Source of the DNA: Eledone cirrhosa
Lineage: Eukaryota
Direction: 5' to 3'
NCBI GenBank assembly: GCA_964016885.1
Contig: OZ024749.1
Location: 28,644,001-28,708,000, forward strand
Length of the DNA stretch: 64,000 bases
The notes below the pieces were generated by a model. The model did no database searches. It saw only the letters and a list, made by a program, of their open reading frames with translations, and was not told where the DNA came from. A program made the position numbers and the translations under genes. This document shows, piece after piece, positions 11,113 through 21,496 of this stretch (its first letter is position 1; every line of letters begins with the position of its first letter).

Positions 11113-11598
11113 TAGGGAAGGGAGTATTTGTATCAGGGGGGTGGTGGTGGTGAGGTTCGTGACAAAATTCATTTAAATAAATGGTTTAGAAGGTGAATAG
11201 TGAAAAGACTGGGATCCATTAGTATAAAAATAATATTTAGTTATTCAGTAGTAAAATATATATTTCCTACTTTATCTCCTGTCACCATTTAAAGCGGAAA
11301 TAAAAGATGTGTTTGTTGACGAGTTCATTTTCTTTCTTTTCATTATCGCCAGAAGAACAAATCATTTTGCTTAATAAGCATTAATTTCAATTACCTATTA
11401 TTATACACCTACAAATTAACCCCGGTACCTAAAAAATAGTGGTGGTGGTGGTGGTGCTGGGAGGAGGGAGTTCATCGCCTTTAGACATAGAAATTCCTTC
11501 TGACTCGTTAAACACAGAAAAACCCATACCCAGAATTGCCCCCCCCCCCCATTAGATACAAGCCAACATTTTTTGCCTTAGAGTTACCCCCCTTACTT

Positions 11599-11632
<34 letters not shown>

Positions 11633-11822
11633 ATAATTATAAATTTGAAGACTAAAATCCAAAGAGGGCTCGATAAGGATAAATATATATCAAATATATA
11701 AGAACCGTAGAGCAAATATTTATTAAAATAACAAATTAAAGTTTAAGCAAAGAATTGCTGCTTTCACCCTTAACGGGATCTTAAGATATATATATATAAT
11801 TATATATATATATATCCCTTTG

Positions 11823-11860
<38 letters not shown>

Positions 11861-11866
11861 TCCCTT

Positions 11867-11926
<60 letters not shown>

Positions 11927-12116
11927 TCCCTTTGCATATATATGTATATATATATATATATATATATAGATTTTGAGTTTATATTGGTTGTATACCAACA
12001 CCTCAGTATGCAGGCTGGAGCACTCGACGAAGTGCGCAGGTTGGTTTGGTTACTCCGGAGTAGTGTAAAATAAAGTTAAATAAAAGTCAAATGATTAAAA
12101 TTTAGCTTCGTTTATT

Positions 12117-12171
12117 ACTGCTATATATATTTCAGTGACAGCCATCTTTGGCTGTGACCTCTTCAGGCAGT
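12117..12171 (-). ncRNA. type I hammerhead ribozyme motif
   Basis: Minus strand reads acugc CUGAAGA ggucacagcca-aaga-uggcugucacu GAAA uauaua UA gcagu: 5-bp stem I, long stem II, palindromic stem III. Confidence 0.8.
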
Positions 12172-12623
12172 TTGAATTAGTATGGTATAGACAAGTACAT
12201 ATGTTGTTGAGGTGTATAATATTGTCAATACTCTGATATGCCCAGTTCCTTGTTGGGTTGTTATTTCACTGAGGAACTGGAATCATATGAATTCAAACAA
12301 ACGAATTTCAGTGTCAAAGGGCCTCTTCTCCTCTCATTGGTCAGTTATTAGAATATTCCTCATTCTAAGTGTTGTTATTGTTGGAGTTAGCTTAAAAAAT
12401 TGATAACATGGTAGAAGGGACAAGGTGTTAAAGGAACAAGATAGCAAAAAAAGTGTCAAACTTCCCATTGGTCAGTTCTGAGAGCATTCATCAGTCAGAA
12501 GTCTATAGAATTCTTTCTGGGGTGAGGCTCCCTGTGGTGTTTTTGTTTGCCATTGTTCAGATAAAGAATCTTGCTAAACAAATTCATAAACGAAATATAT
12601 ATATATATATATAAACAAAGGGA

Positions 12624-12699
<76 letters not shown>

Positions 12700-12700
12700 A

Positions 12701-13725
12701 TATTCTTACAGAAAAATATGTTAGGCTTCTACATAAACTGGAAACATTCTCCCAACTTGTAGAAAACTTATAATGAAACAATTGTTTGGAAAGAGAGATA
12801 TATTTTAATTTTAATTATATCTCATATAAAATAATACAACTGGCTTTCCACAAAATACATATAGTTAGCACCCCAAACACAAAATTGGGATTATACTAAC
12901 GTATATCCTAATGTTTGTTGAGTGAGATGGTTACCAGTCAGAGTTTAGCTTAAAGCTTTCTCTGTTATTGTATTAAATATTTTACTCTTGATTTGGCCAG
13001 AGATTTATATTTCCAGATACCTTTTAAACGTAACTTTCCGTATTTATTACTGTTATGAGATATTGTTTGTTATTTAGGTATCACTTCTCTGTTTTTAGCC
13101 TAAGAAAATATCTATATGCGTGTGTAATTAATACATGCATACATTTATTTTTTTAAAATTAATTGAGTTCTTAACACGCAGGATTGATAATGTTTTTGAA
13201 AAAACTAATTAACCCACATGTATAATATTTTACTTTTCTTGTGACTCGCGATTGCCTCCCTTTTCCGCTTCGTGACGCTATGATATTTCCTCATTCTGAA
13301 GACTGCTGGAATTTAAAATTTGGCGGTCATTTGATGCGTGAAGGGACGACTTAGCAGACACGAAAAATAACTGCGGTAAGAAATTTTTTCTTATATCAAA
13401 GTTTAATGGGCATCCACTGATGATTTATAAATGCCCACCTACATATATTCTTACAGAAAAATATGTTAGGCTTCTACATAAACTGGAAACATTCTCCCAA
13501 CTTGTAGAAAACTTATAATGAAACAATTGTTTGGAAAGAGAGATATATTTTAATTTTAATTATATCTCATATAAAATAATACAACTGGCTTTCCACAAAA
13601 TACATATAGTTAGCACCCCAAACACAAAATTGGGATTATACTAACGTATATCCTAATGTTTGTTGAGTGAGATGGTTACCAGTCAGAGTTTAGCTTCAAG
13701 CTTTCTCTGTTATTGTATTAAATAT
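12701..13725 (+). mobile_element. partial-tandem (pseudo-LTR-like) element: 280-bp direct repeats with 745-bp period, between (TA)n tracts
   Basis: 12701-12980 is near-identical to 13446-13725; contains a hammerhead motif at 13413-13535. Confidence 0.8.
13413..13535 (+). ncRNA. type I hammerhead ribozyme motif with long stem II
   Basis: ucca CUGAUGA u-uuauaa...uuauaa-u GAAA caauug UU ugga: stem I ucca/ugga; stem III lies within the palindrome aacaauuguu. Confidence 0.75.
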
Positions 13726-13746
13726 ATATATATATATATATATATA

Positions 13747-14670
13747 AGAGTATTGAAGTTTGCTTGAAGCATTGTGGAACAATAAGTAAATATCTTTAAG
13801 TCGTTTGGAAGCCTCGACAATGCAAATGGGTAAATCTCCGGGTAACAAAGTCCGGTGGTGGAGAGAGAGATGTAAGTGGGTGTACGTTGAGATGCGTGGT
13901 GTGTATAAGATGTGTGAGATGTGTAGAATGAAGGGAAGAGTATAAAGGATAAAGGATAAAATTAAAATAACAACACAAGAGAGAGTTACCTTGGGAGAGA
14001 TTTAATAGTCCCTATATATTTCGGATTCACATCCATCAACTGGGGTTTTTTTCCGGGGTGGGGGAAAAGGTTGTCTGTCGGACAAGTCCGGAACGCGTCC
14101 TTCGCTGTTTGTTGTTTTGAATATCTGAGGTATTCAAACAGAGGAACAAGGCAACAACACACGCACACACACACACACACTCAAGCGAGACAACAACATA
14201 CGCACACACACACACAGTAACATTTAACAAACAGGCAGAGAATGGACTGACAGCTAGCACCATCCCACTCCCTCATTCGGCCGCTGACCTCTGTACGACC
14301 GACCCCATTTCACGCGCACGCGCGCCCTGCCGAATACCTCAGATATTCAAAACAACAAACAGCGAAGGACGCGTTCCGGACTTGTCCGACAGACAACCTT
14401 TTCCCCCACCCCGGAAAAAAAACCCCAGTTGATGGATGTGAATCCGAAATATATAGGGACTATTTAATCTCTCCCAAGGTAACTCTCTCTTGTGTTGTTA
14501 TTTTAATTTTATCCTTTATCCTTTATACTCTTCCCTTCATTCTACACATCTCACACATCTTATACACACCACGCATCTCAACGTACACCCACTTACATCT
14601 CTCTCCACCACCGGACCTTGTTACCCGGAGATTTACCCATTTGCATTGTCGAGGCTTCCAAACGACTTAA

Positions 14671-14676
<6 letters not shown>
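13747..14676. mobile_element. fold-back element: ~345-bp inverted arms plus tail, in (TA)n
   Basis: 13790-14135 is the near-perfect reverse complement of 14332-14676 (the ORF track gives the same peptide on both strands); 196-bp spacer; tail 13747-13789. Confidence 0.88.
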
Positions 14677-14721
<45 letters not shown>

Positions 14722-14751
14722 TCCCTTTGTTTATATATATATATATATATA

Positions 14752-15366
14752 TTTCGTTTATGAATTTGTTTAGCAAGATTCTTTATCTGAAAACGTGTGT
14801 TGAAACCGATATTGTTATACTTTGGGAGGGTCATGTTGCCAATAAGAAACACACGCACCAGTTGCTTTCACTTCAATTTATTATAAATTAAATTTATAAA
14901 TTTAGGAATTTATAAATTTCCGGTTGAATTTCCATGAATGGAACAGCAACATCACAACTTACAATTAAGGACAAAATGAAAGCACACACACACATAGAAC
15001 AAACAACCAACCAGTAATATGTAAATAAACAAATAAATAAACAAATATAAACACACACAGACACCCGGATGTAACACATGCGCAAACTAAGCACACAACA
15101 CACACAAAAACAAGATGGCGTAGGACAGAACAAAGGAGAGGCACAAAAACAAAGAAAAGGATCCCCAGTCACTGAAGAGGTCATAGAATGTGTGACGAAA
15201 GAACTTTGACAATATATGAACAATCATCTGGTTGTGGAACCAACCAACCAACCCGAAATTTATAAATTCCTAAATTTATAAATTTAATTTATAATAAATT
15301 GAAGTGAAAGTTACTGGTGCGTGTGTTTCTTATTGGCAACATGACTCTCCCAAAGTATAACAATAT
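14752..15366. mobile_element. fold-back Penelope-like remnant (family A)
   Basis: Arms 14809-14926 / 15249-15366; tail 14752-14808; (TA)n on both sides; hammerhead at 15168-15210. Confidence 0.82.
15168..15210 (+). ncRNA. minimal type I hammerhead ribozyme motif
   Basis: guca CUGAAGA g-gucaua-gaaug-ugugac GAAA gaac UU ugac. Confidence 0.75.
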
Positions 15367-15424
15367 ATATATATATATAATATAAATATCCCTTTGCTTG
15401 TATATATATATATATATATATAAT

Positions 15425-15751
15425 ATAGTTTAGAGTTTACACTCAGGGGTCAATTACAATTATTCAGCTCTAAGAAAGAAGCATTTCTGAGCAGTACAAT
15501 AGAAGTTAATATAAATAAATATATGATCAACACTTATGTGTTTTTACTGTAAATTGACAATTAATTAGCTAGAATGAAATATCTTAATTCAAATACATAT
15601 AATCTGCCTGTATCGATCTAAAAAATAGTATATCTATACTCACAGACGTTGCCGATATACGTCTGTGAGTATAGATATACTATTTTTTAGATCGATACAG
15701 GCAGACTATATGTATTTGAATTAAGATATTTCATTCTAGCTAATTAATTGT

Positions 15752-15755
<4 letters not shown>
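15425..15755. mobile_element. fold-back element: 97-bp near-perfect hairpin plus tail
   Basis: 15553-15649 is the reverse complement of 15659-15755 (9-nt loop), abutting (TA)n. Confidence 0.85.
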
Positions 15756-15805
<50 letters not shown>

Positions 15806-15843
15806 TATATAAATATATCAAATTTGTTACAACAGTGACATAC

Positions 15844-15894
15844 ACAGGTACTTAAGTTTCGTCGAATTATACACCCCCAACTCATTTAGCCTGT
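15844..15894 (-). ncRNA. hammerhead-like motif with 8-nt variant core
   Basis: acagg CUAAAUGA guugg...ucgac GAAA cuuaag UA ccugu; homolog at 44039-44086. Confidence 0.5.
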
Positions 15895-15951
15895 TATATA
15901 AACAAACATGGCTACTCCATATATGTATATAAACGAGTATATGTATATTTG

Positions 15952-16960
15952 TTTGTGGCATATATTAATGACATAGATGCCAACTTAAAGAATGCCACGG
16001 TACTAAAGTACGCAGACGACATCAAGCTGTACCTTGAGATAAAAAGGACAGATCCTGAACACTATAGATCTTGCTTGTAGTCTGACCTGGACACAATGCA
16101 ACAATGGATCTCAGACTGGCAGCTCAAGCTAGCTGTGGACAAGTGCACCACCATGCATCTTGGGAGTAAAAACCCAGCGTCCACATACTCCCTCCACAGC
16201 ACTAATATCAAGAAATCTTCTTGTGAACGTGACCTGGGCATTACGGTCAACAGCGATTTGCGTTGGACGAAGAACGTCTCTAAAATTGTCAAGAGGGCCA
16301 AGGGTGTCTTAGCATCACTCAGCAAGACCTTTGGCAGCCACTCTCCAGATATTTATTTATGGCTATCGTGCGGCCACACTTAGAATTTGCATCACCAGTC
16401 TGGAACCCCTATCTTGCTCAGAACATTGATCGCCTGGAAACTGTTCAGAGACGTGCAACCAAGCGAATACCCTCCATCAGGCATCTACCATACTCTGAGC
16501 GCCTTGCTTCCCTGGGCATGGATACATTGAAGCTCCGACGCCTGGCAACTGAATTGGTAAACACCCACAAAATTGTTAACCATCTTGCCAACAACAACCC
16601 TGAATACCTTTTTGATTTCCATGTGTCTAACACACGTGGACATGCCCACAAAGTCAGAAAACAGCACAGTTCCCATGACTTTCGGAAACATTTTTTCACG
16701 CTCAGAGTTGCTGAAGCATGGAACAAACTACCTGCATCAGTTGTTAGCTGTCGAGACACTGCATCCTTTAAGGCCTCCATGCTCCCCGAGATCCGCCAAC
16801 ACTACAACTAATGTTCCCCTTCCGTACACATACACACATGTATACCATGACTCATACACTATTCACTTCCCTGACATTTGTGTTTTATTCTATGTACTAT
16901 ACATACACCTTTGACGAGTTGTAGTGCACCTGAGCACTTTACACCAATAATTTCATTATT
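15952..16960 (+). mobile_element. 5'-truncated, disrupted CR1-type LINE (RT C-terminus and 3' UTR)
   Basis: FVAYINDI...KYADDIKLY (YADD at 16009-16020), RPHLEFASPVWNPY, VQRRATK, TRGH, FFTLRVAEAWNKLP; in-frame TAG at 16078-16080 and a frameshift near 16355; ends in ttcattatt. Confidence 0.9.
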
Positions 16961-16961
16961 A

Positions 16962-17621
16962 TCTATATATATAAAGCTGTGGTTGTCTGTCTGTCTATCG
17001 ATTTTTGGCACACATCTCCTCTTAGAATCTCTGACGGAATTGCACCGAAATTGCTATACTTGTACATTGAGCCCTAGCGAAGACATCGGAAAAAAAATAT
17101 TTCAAATTGACCCACCCTATGTGACGAAATCGAATCTAATGTATCGATTTTTGAGCGTAAGTGACGAGTTATTTCCCTTTGTTCTGTTTACATTGAGCGT
17201 CTTACGTTCTGTTTACATTTTCTGCGTGCAAAAATTCAAAAAATTACGCTGGCTTTCTCAGCGTTTAAAATGACATTAACACAATACACGAACAGTTGTC
17301 GAGCCAGCAAAATTTTGACCTGCAAAATTCATCAGTTCGAACACTAAGCTTCCGTTTTGCTTCATTTCCATTTAAAAGCCTTTTAAAACAATATTTTTAC
17401 TTGAAAACAAGTCTATTTAAAGACTACGTAAAACAAGCAAATATTTCGTAAAAAAAAGCAAAAATTATATAAGTTTATTTAAAATATATGTATCTGTAAA
17501 TTTCGTTAGGCGTGCAGACAGACAGTCGTGCAGACAGACTTTAAGCCAAAAAAGAAACTTAACATTGTAACTTTAACACAGCTACTGAGCGACCCCGAGC
17601 AACGCCGGGCTTTGCTGCTAG
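16962..17621 (+). mobile_element. non-autonomous Helitron
   Basis: Starts TC (tctatatatataa) and ends CTAG at 17618-17621, with GC hairpin cccgagcaacgccggg (17594-17609) 8 nt upstream; inserted between A and T with no TSD. Confidence 0.8.
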
Positions 17622-17752
17622 TTATTTATATATTTGAACAGTATTATAGAAAGTTGTTTGACAAGATTTTTAGATAGATGTAAACACTTTAAAACAAATA
17701 GTGTTTTGTCATAGAAACAGGGATGGTTTCAGGTGGTTTCGTATTAAGAAAG

Positions 17753-17966
17753 TTAATCATTTCATTACCATATTTCTTGTGAAAGAGACTGAATATAACT
17801 TTGAAATCATTAAAAAAAACAATGGAAAATGTAGAGTGACTTTCACATGTTAAGCTGGTGTTTGGAACATAACTTAAAGATTCTTACAGAAAATTATGAT
17901 GGAATTTTTTTTAGATAAATATAGACCCTGTATCATAGAACATGGTTTGGTACCCAAATGGTTAAG
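17753..17966. mobile_element. degenerate MITE-like repeat, related to 1660-1850
   Basis: Shares ttaag(c/t)tggtgtttggaacataacttaa...attatgatggaa with 1780-1850; ends ttaatcattt.../...aaatggttaa. Confidence 0.4.
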
Positions 17967-18179
17967 CATAGTAATAGCTGGCCTGTCTTTGATAATAGAT
18001 TTGTTGCATCAAAGCTGACCTGGGGCTCAACAACAACAGCAGTACATATATTGTACACGGAATACTAAATATATTGTAAGATATATTGTGTCTGAATTAA
18101 CGTTAGGATGGCCTCAGCTGGAACTTCTTTCATCGTGGGTTTAGTTGATCAAGGTTGACCTAGAGCTAAACAACAAAAC

Positions 18180-18234
18180 AACAGCTACTATCAACACCAC
18201 TACCACCACCACCACCACTACTACCACCACCACC

Positions 18235-18266
<32 letters not shown>

Positions 18267-18279
18267 CATCACCACCACC

Positions 18280-18341
<62 letters not shown>

Positions 18342-18397
18342 CATCACCACCACCACCACCACTACCAACACCACCACCACCACCATTAAAACCACCT
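18180..18397. repeat. (ACC/ACT)n trinucleotide microsatellite
   Basis: Visible directly. Confidence 0.9.
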
Positions 18398-18641
18398 AAC
18401 ATATATCTGATACGTAAAATGTGTTTGTCAATAATGTTTAACACATGGACTTCCACGTGAGGTAGCGTCTTTAATTCGGATGGAAATGCCGAGGTGGGGA
18501 TTAGGACCTGAAAGCCTATAATCTGCCGTATATACCTCTACACTAAGAGTTATCGATGATTATTATTCAAGGCTGTTGTTGTTGAACCAATGATCAACAA
18601 ATATATTCCAGCTCTCATCCACCCGTACATGTATATATGCA

Positions 18642-18677
<36 letters not shown>

Positions 18678-18999
18678 CAAATTAATATAAATTAATATAT
18701 GATAAACACTAATGCAATTATATAAGTGTTTGTATTACAAATGACCAAGTTAGTTAGATTGAAAAATACTAATTAAATTAATACAGTTTGCCTGTCTCGA
18801 TTTAAAATAATAAATCAATAAAAACAAACCCATATTGGCAATAGCCGTGATACCTGGACAAATTTAAATTTCAAAACCCAAACCTGTTCCGCAGACAAAT
18901 TTAAATTTCAAAACCCAAATAATTTATATTAATTTGTATTTCACGGCTCAGAAAGAAATACCTCTTTCTTTGAGCTATTTAATTGTAAAAGACTGTTTA

Positions 19000-19029
<30 letters not shown>

Positions 19030-19030
<1 letters not shown>

Positions 19031-19226
19031 GGGTGCTGCGGAGTTGCAAATGGGTTACATATGAAAAACGTTTGTCCTTCATCAGTGATCTTCCAACCAT
19101 CATAGGCATTTCATCGCTTTAAAGACCATATACCTCCGGTTGGTGCGAGCAACGGCTAAAAAAAGTCGTTGGGACACGTAAATAAAGGGGACGCGAGGGT
19201 AAACAAACAAAATGGTGAAGCAACAG
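19030..19226 (-). mobile_element. fragment of repeat family B (also 35790-36330 and 40940-41955)
   Basis: Shares ggttggtgcgagcaac, gggacacgtaaataaaggg and tcatcagtgat with the other copies; flanked by (TA)n/(TAA)n. Confidence 0.75.
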
Positions 19227-19251
19227 TATATATATATATATATATATATAT

Positions 19252-20220
19252 AATTTCAAGTTATCAATAATGTAGTGATAATATATCGTCACGTTAGAGA
19301 TGAACAGCGTACGTGTAGGTTTGCTCAACGAGTATAAATTATATTCCGGAGAAAATGTAGAAAAGATGAATATAAAATGAAAGTGTTTTTATAAAGGAAT
19401 TTATTAGGTATTGACATATGTTTCTGTAACAGACGGAATACCTATGTATGGCTGCTTGCGTAATCATATAATGTTAGCAAGTATTCGATAGCAAATGTAT
19501 AATCAGTTGTCACTTCTTCAGAGATATTGGATAAATTGGGAAAAATCAGAAAAATCAAAGTATTTATATTAGTTGTAAGAAAGGAAGAGGAGAAGGGATA
19601 GTATATGACAGATGGCAATTCAATTTGCTGGTAAACAAGTATATAGAAAGTTTTTAATGAGAATACAATGAGTATATGGCTTATTTTATCTAAATAAGAA
19701 TTTTTGGGAGTGCCTATTTTAATCCATATTTGACCAATTGAACAATGGACAGGGCTGGTCGTTTGGTGTAGTAGTATTAATACCAAATAGTAGTAGTATT
19801 AATACTACTACACCCAACGACCAGCCCTGTCCATTGTTCAATTGGTCAAATATAGATTAAAATAGGCACTCCCAAAAATTCTTATTTAGATAAAATAAGC
19901 CATATACTCATTGTATTCTCATTAAAAACTTTCTATATACTTGTTTACCAGCAAATTGAATTGCCATCTGTCATATACTATCCCTTCTCCTCTTCCTTTC
20001 TTACAACTAATATAAATACTTTGATTTTTCTGATTTTTCCCAATTTATCCAATATCTCTGAAGAAGTGACAACTGATTATACATTTGCTATCGAATACTT
20101 GCTAACATTATATGATTACGCAAGCAGCGATACATAGGTATTCCGTCTGTTACAGAAACATATGTCAATACCTAATAAATTCCTTTATAAAAGCACTTTC
20201 ATTTTATATTCATCTTTTCT
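19252..20220. mobile_element. fold-back element: 425-bp near-perfect inverted arms plus tail, hammerhead in each arm
   Basis: 19359-19783 is the reverse complement of 19796-20220; tail 19252-19358. Confidence 0.9.
20053..20170 (+). ncRNA. type I hammerhead motif (mirror copy on - strand at 19409-19526)
   Basis: uaucu CUGAAGA a-gugaca...uguuac-a GAAA cauaug UC aaua; palindromic stem III acauaugu; stem I has a 1-nt bulge. Confidence 0.65.
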
Positions 20221-20239
20221 CTCTCTCTCTATATATATA

Positions 20240-20559
20240 TATATATTATCCTTAGAATCTGCTGTATAGATTTCACTTTCAACGCTTGACTGGTGTTCTA
20301 CCGGCAAGTTCAGGTACCCCTACCTCCCACCAAATGCCATGATAGAATCATGTCTTTACAACAAATTTTTTACCAATCCTTTTGACAATTACTATCTTCC
20401 CATATAAGGAATTACCCCCTGAGAAGTTCGGATATTTATTTACCAGGCTAAAAATTCTTATTTAGTCCAGAATTAGCCGTCGAAACGGCTTGAGCTCTGC
20501 CGTCGGGGTCAAACTTGTTCCTATTACCCACTCAACTACTCTAAGTATTGAGTACTTTG

Positions 20560-20562
<3 letters not shown>
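20240..20562 (+). mobile_element. fragment of repeat family C (also 39601-40069) with degraded hammerhead
   Basis: 20465-20560 matches 39678-39775; acccc CUGAGAA ... cGAAAcggc-uugagcucu-gccgUC ggggu. Confidence 0.65.
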
Positions 20563-20639
<77 letters not shown>

Positions 20640-20642
<3 letters not shown>

Positions 20643-20975
20643 AAAAGCGAAGTACTTTCAGATGTTCAAGTCCTTTAATAATAATGCTGTGATATATATT
20701 TCAATGACGACACTGGCCACACTGTTCTGTGTGCGAGTGTCGTGACATCACCAGACAGCTTGTTACATAATAAATCAAGCTGTCTGATGATGTCACGACA
20801 CTCGCACACAGAACAGTGTGGCCAGTGTCGTCATTGAAATATATATCACAGCATTATTATTAAAGGACTTGAACATCTGAAAGTACTTCGCTTTTCCTTA
20901 TTCGATATTTACTCCGTTACTCCTATGTGGAAAAAGTACGTTGAGTGCTTGAATTGAATTGCATCAATATTTACC

Positions 20976-20978
<3 letters not shown>
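20640..20978. mobile_element. fold-back element: 123-bp arms plus 80-bp tail between (TA)n tracts
   Basis: 20640-20762 is the reverse complement of 20776-20898 with one mismatch. Confidence 0.9.
20779..20852 (+). ncRNA. type I hammerhead ribozyme motif
   Basis: gcugu CUGAUGA ugucacgacacu...agugucgucauu GAAA uauaua UC acagc: perfect 5-bp stem I, palindromic stem III. Confidence 0.82.
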
Positions 20979-21054
<76 letters not shown>

Positions 21055-21056
<2 letters not shown>

Positions 21057-21260
21057 TTTCATCATCATCATTTCATTTTACGTCCGCTTTTTCCCTGCTT
21101 GCAAGGGTGGGACGGGAACTGATTCTGGCTTGATTTCTACAGCTGGATGCCCTTCCTAACACCAACCTCATTTACAGTGAGTGCTGGGTGCTTTTTTGTC
21201 GTGGCACCTCCACGACCACTTTGCAGTGGAATGATAGGGACCCCAGTCCCTATCATCTCA
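21055..21260 (-). mobile_element. SINE/short retroposon with (GAT)n tail
   Basis: Reverse complement reads gttggtgttaggaagggcatccagctg...aaaagcggacgtaaaatgaaatgatgatgatg; same family as 2410-2600. Confidence 0.6.
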
Positions 21261-21278
21261 TTTCTACAGCTGAGTAAA

Positions 21279-21359
<81 letters not shown>

Positions 21360-21496
21360 TATATACACACACATGTATATGTATATGTATACGTATGTAT
21401 ATGTATGTGTATGTATGTATGAATGTATATGTATATATACGTATATATGTGTATATATATATGCATATATGTATGTATGTATGTGTATATATATAT

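Noticed and set aside
13296-13375. Second CTGAAGA...GAAA motif in the 745-bp unit
   Set aside because: Extra bases before GAAA and no valid stem III/UH/stem I.
16096-16811. Functional reverse transcriptase gene
   Set aside because: 5'-truncated, with an in-frame stop and a frameshift; LINE relic.
18141-18456. Poly-Thr/Val/Ser ORFs
   Set aside because: Microsatellite following a repeat tail (gacctagagctaaacaac, similar to 18015-18037).
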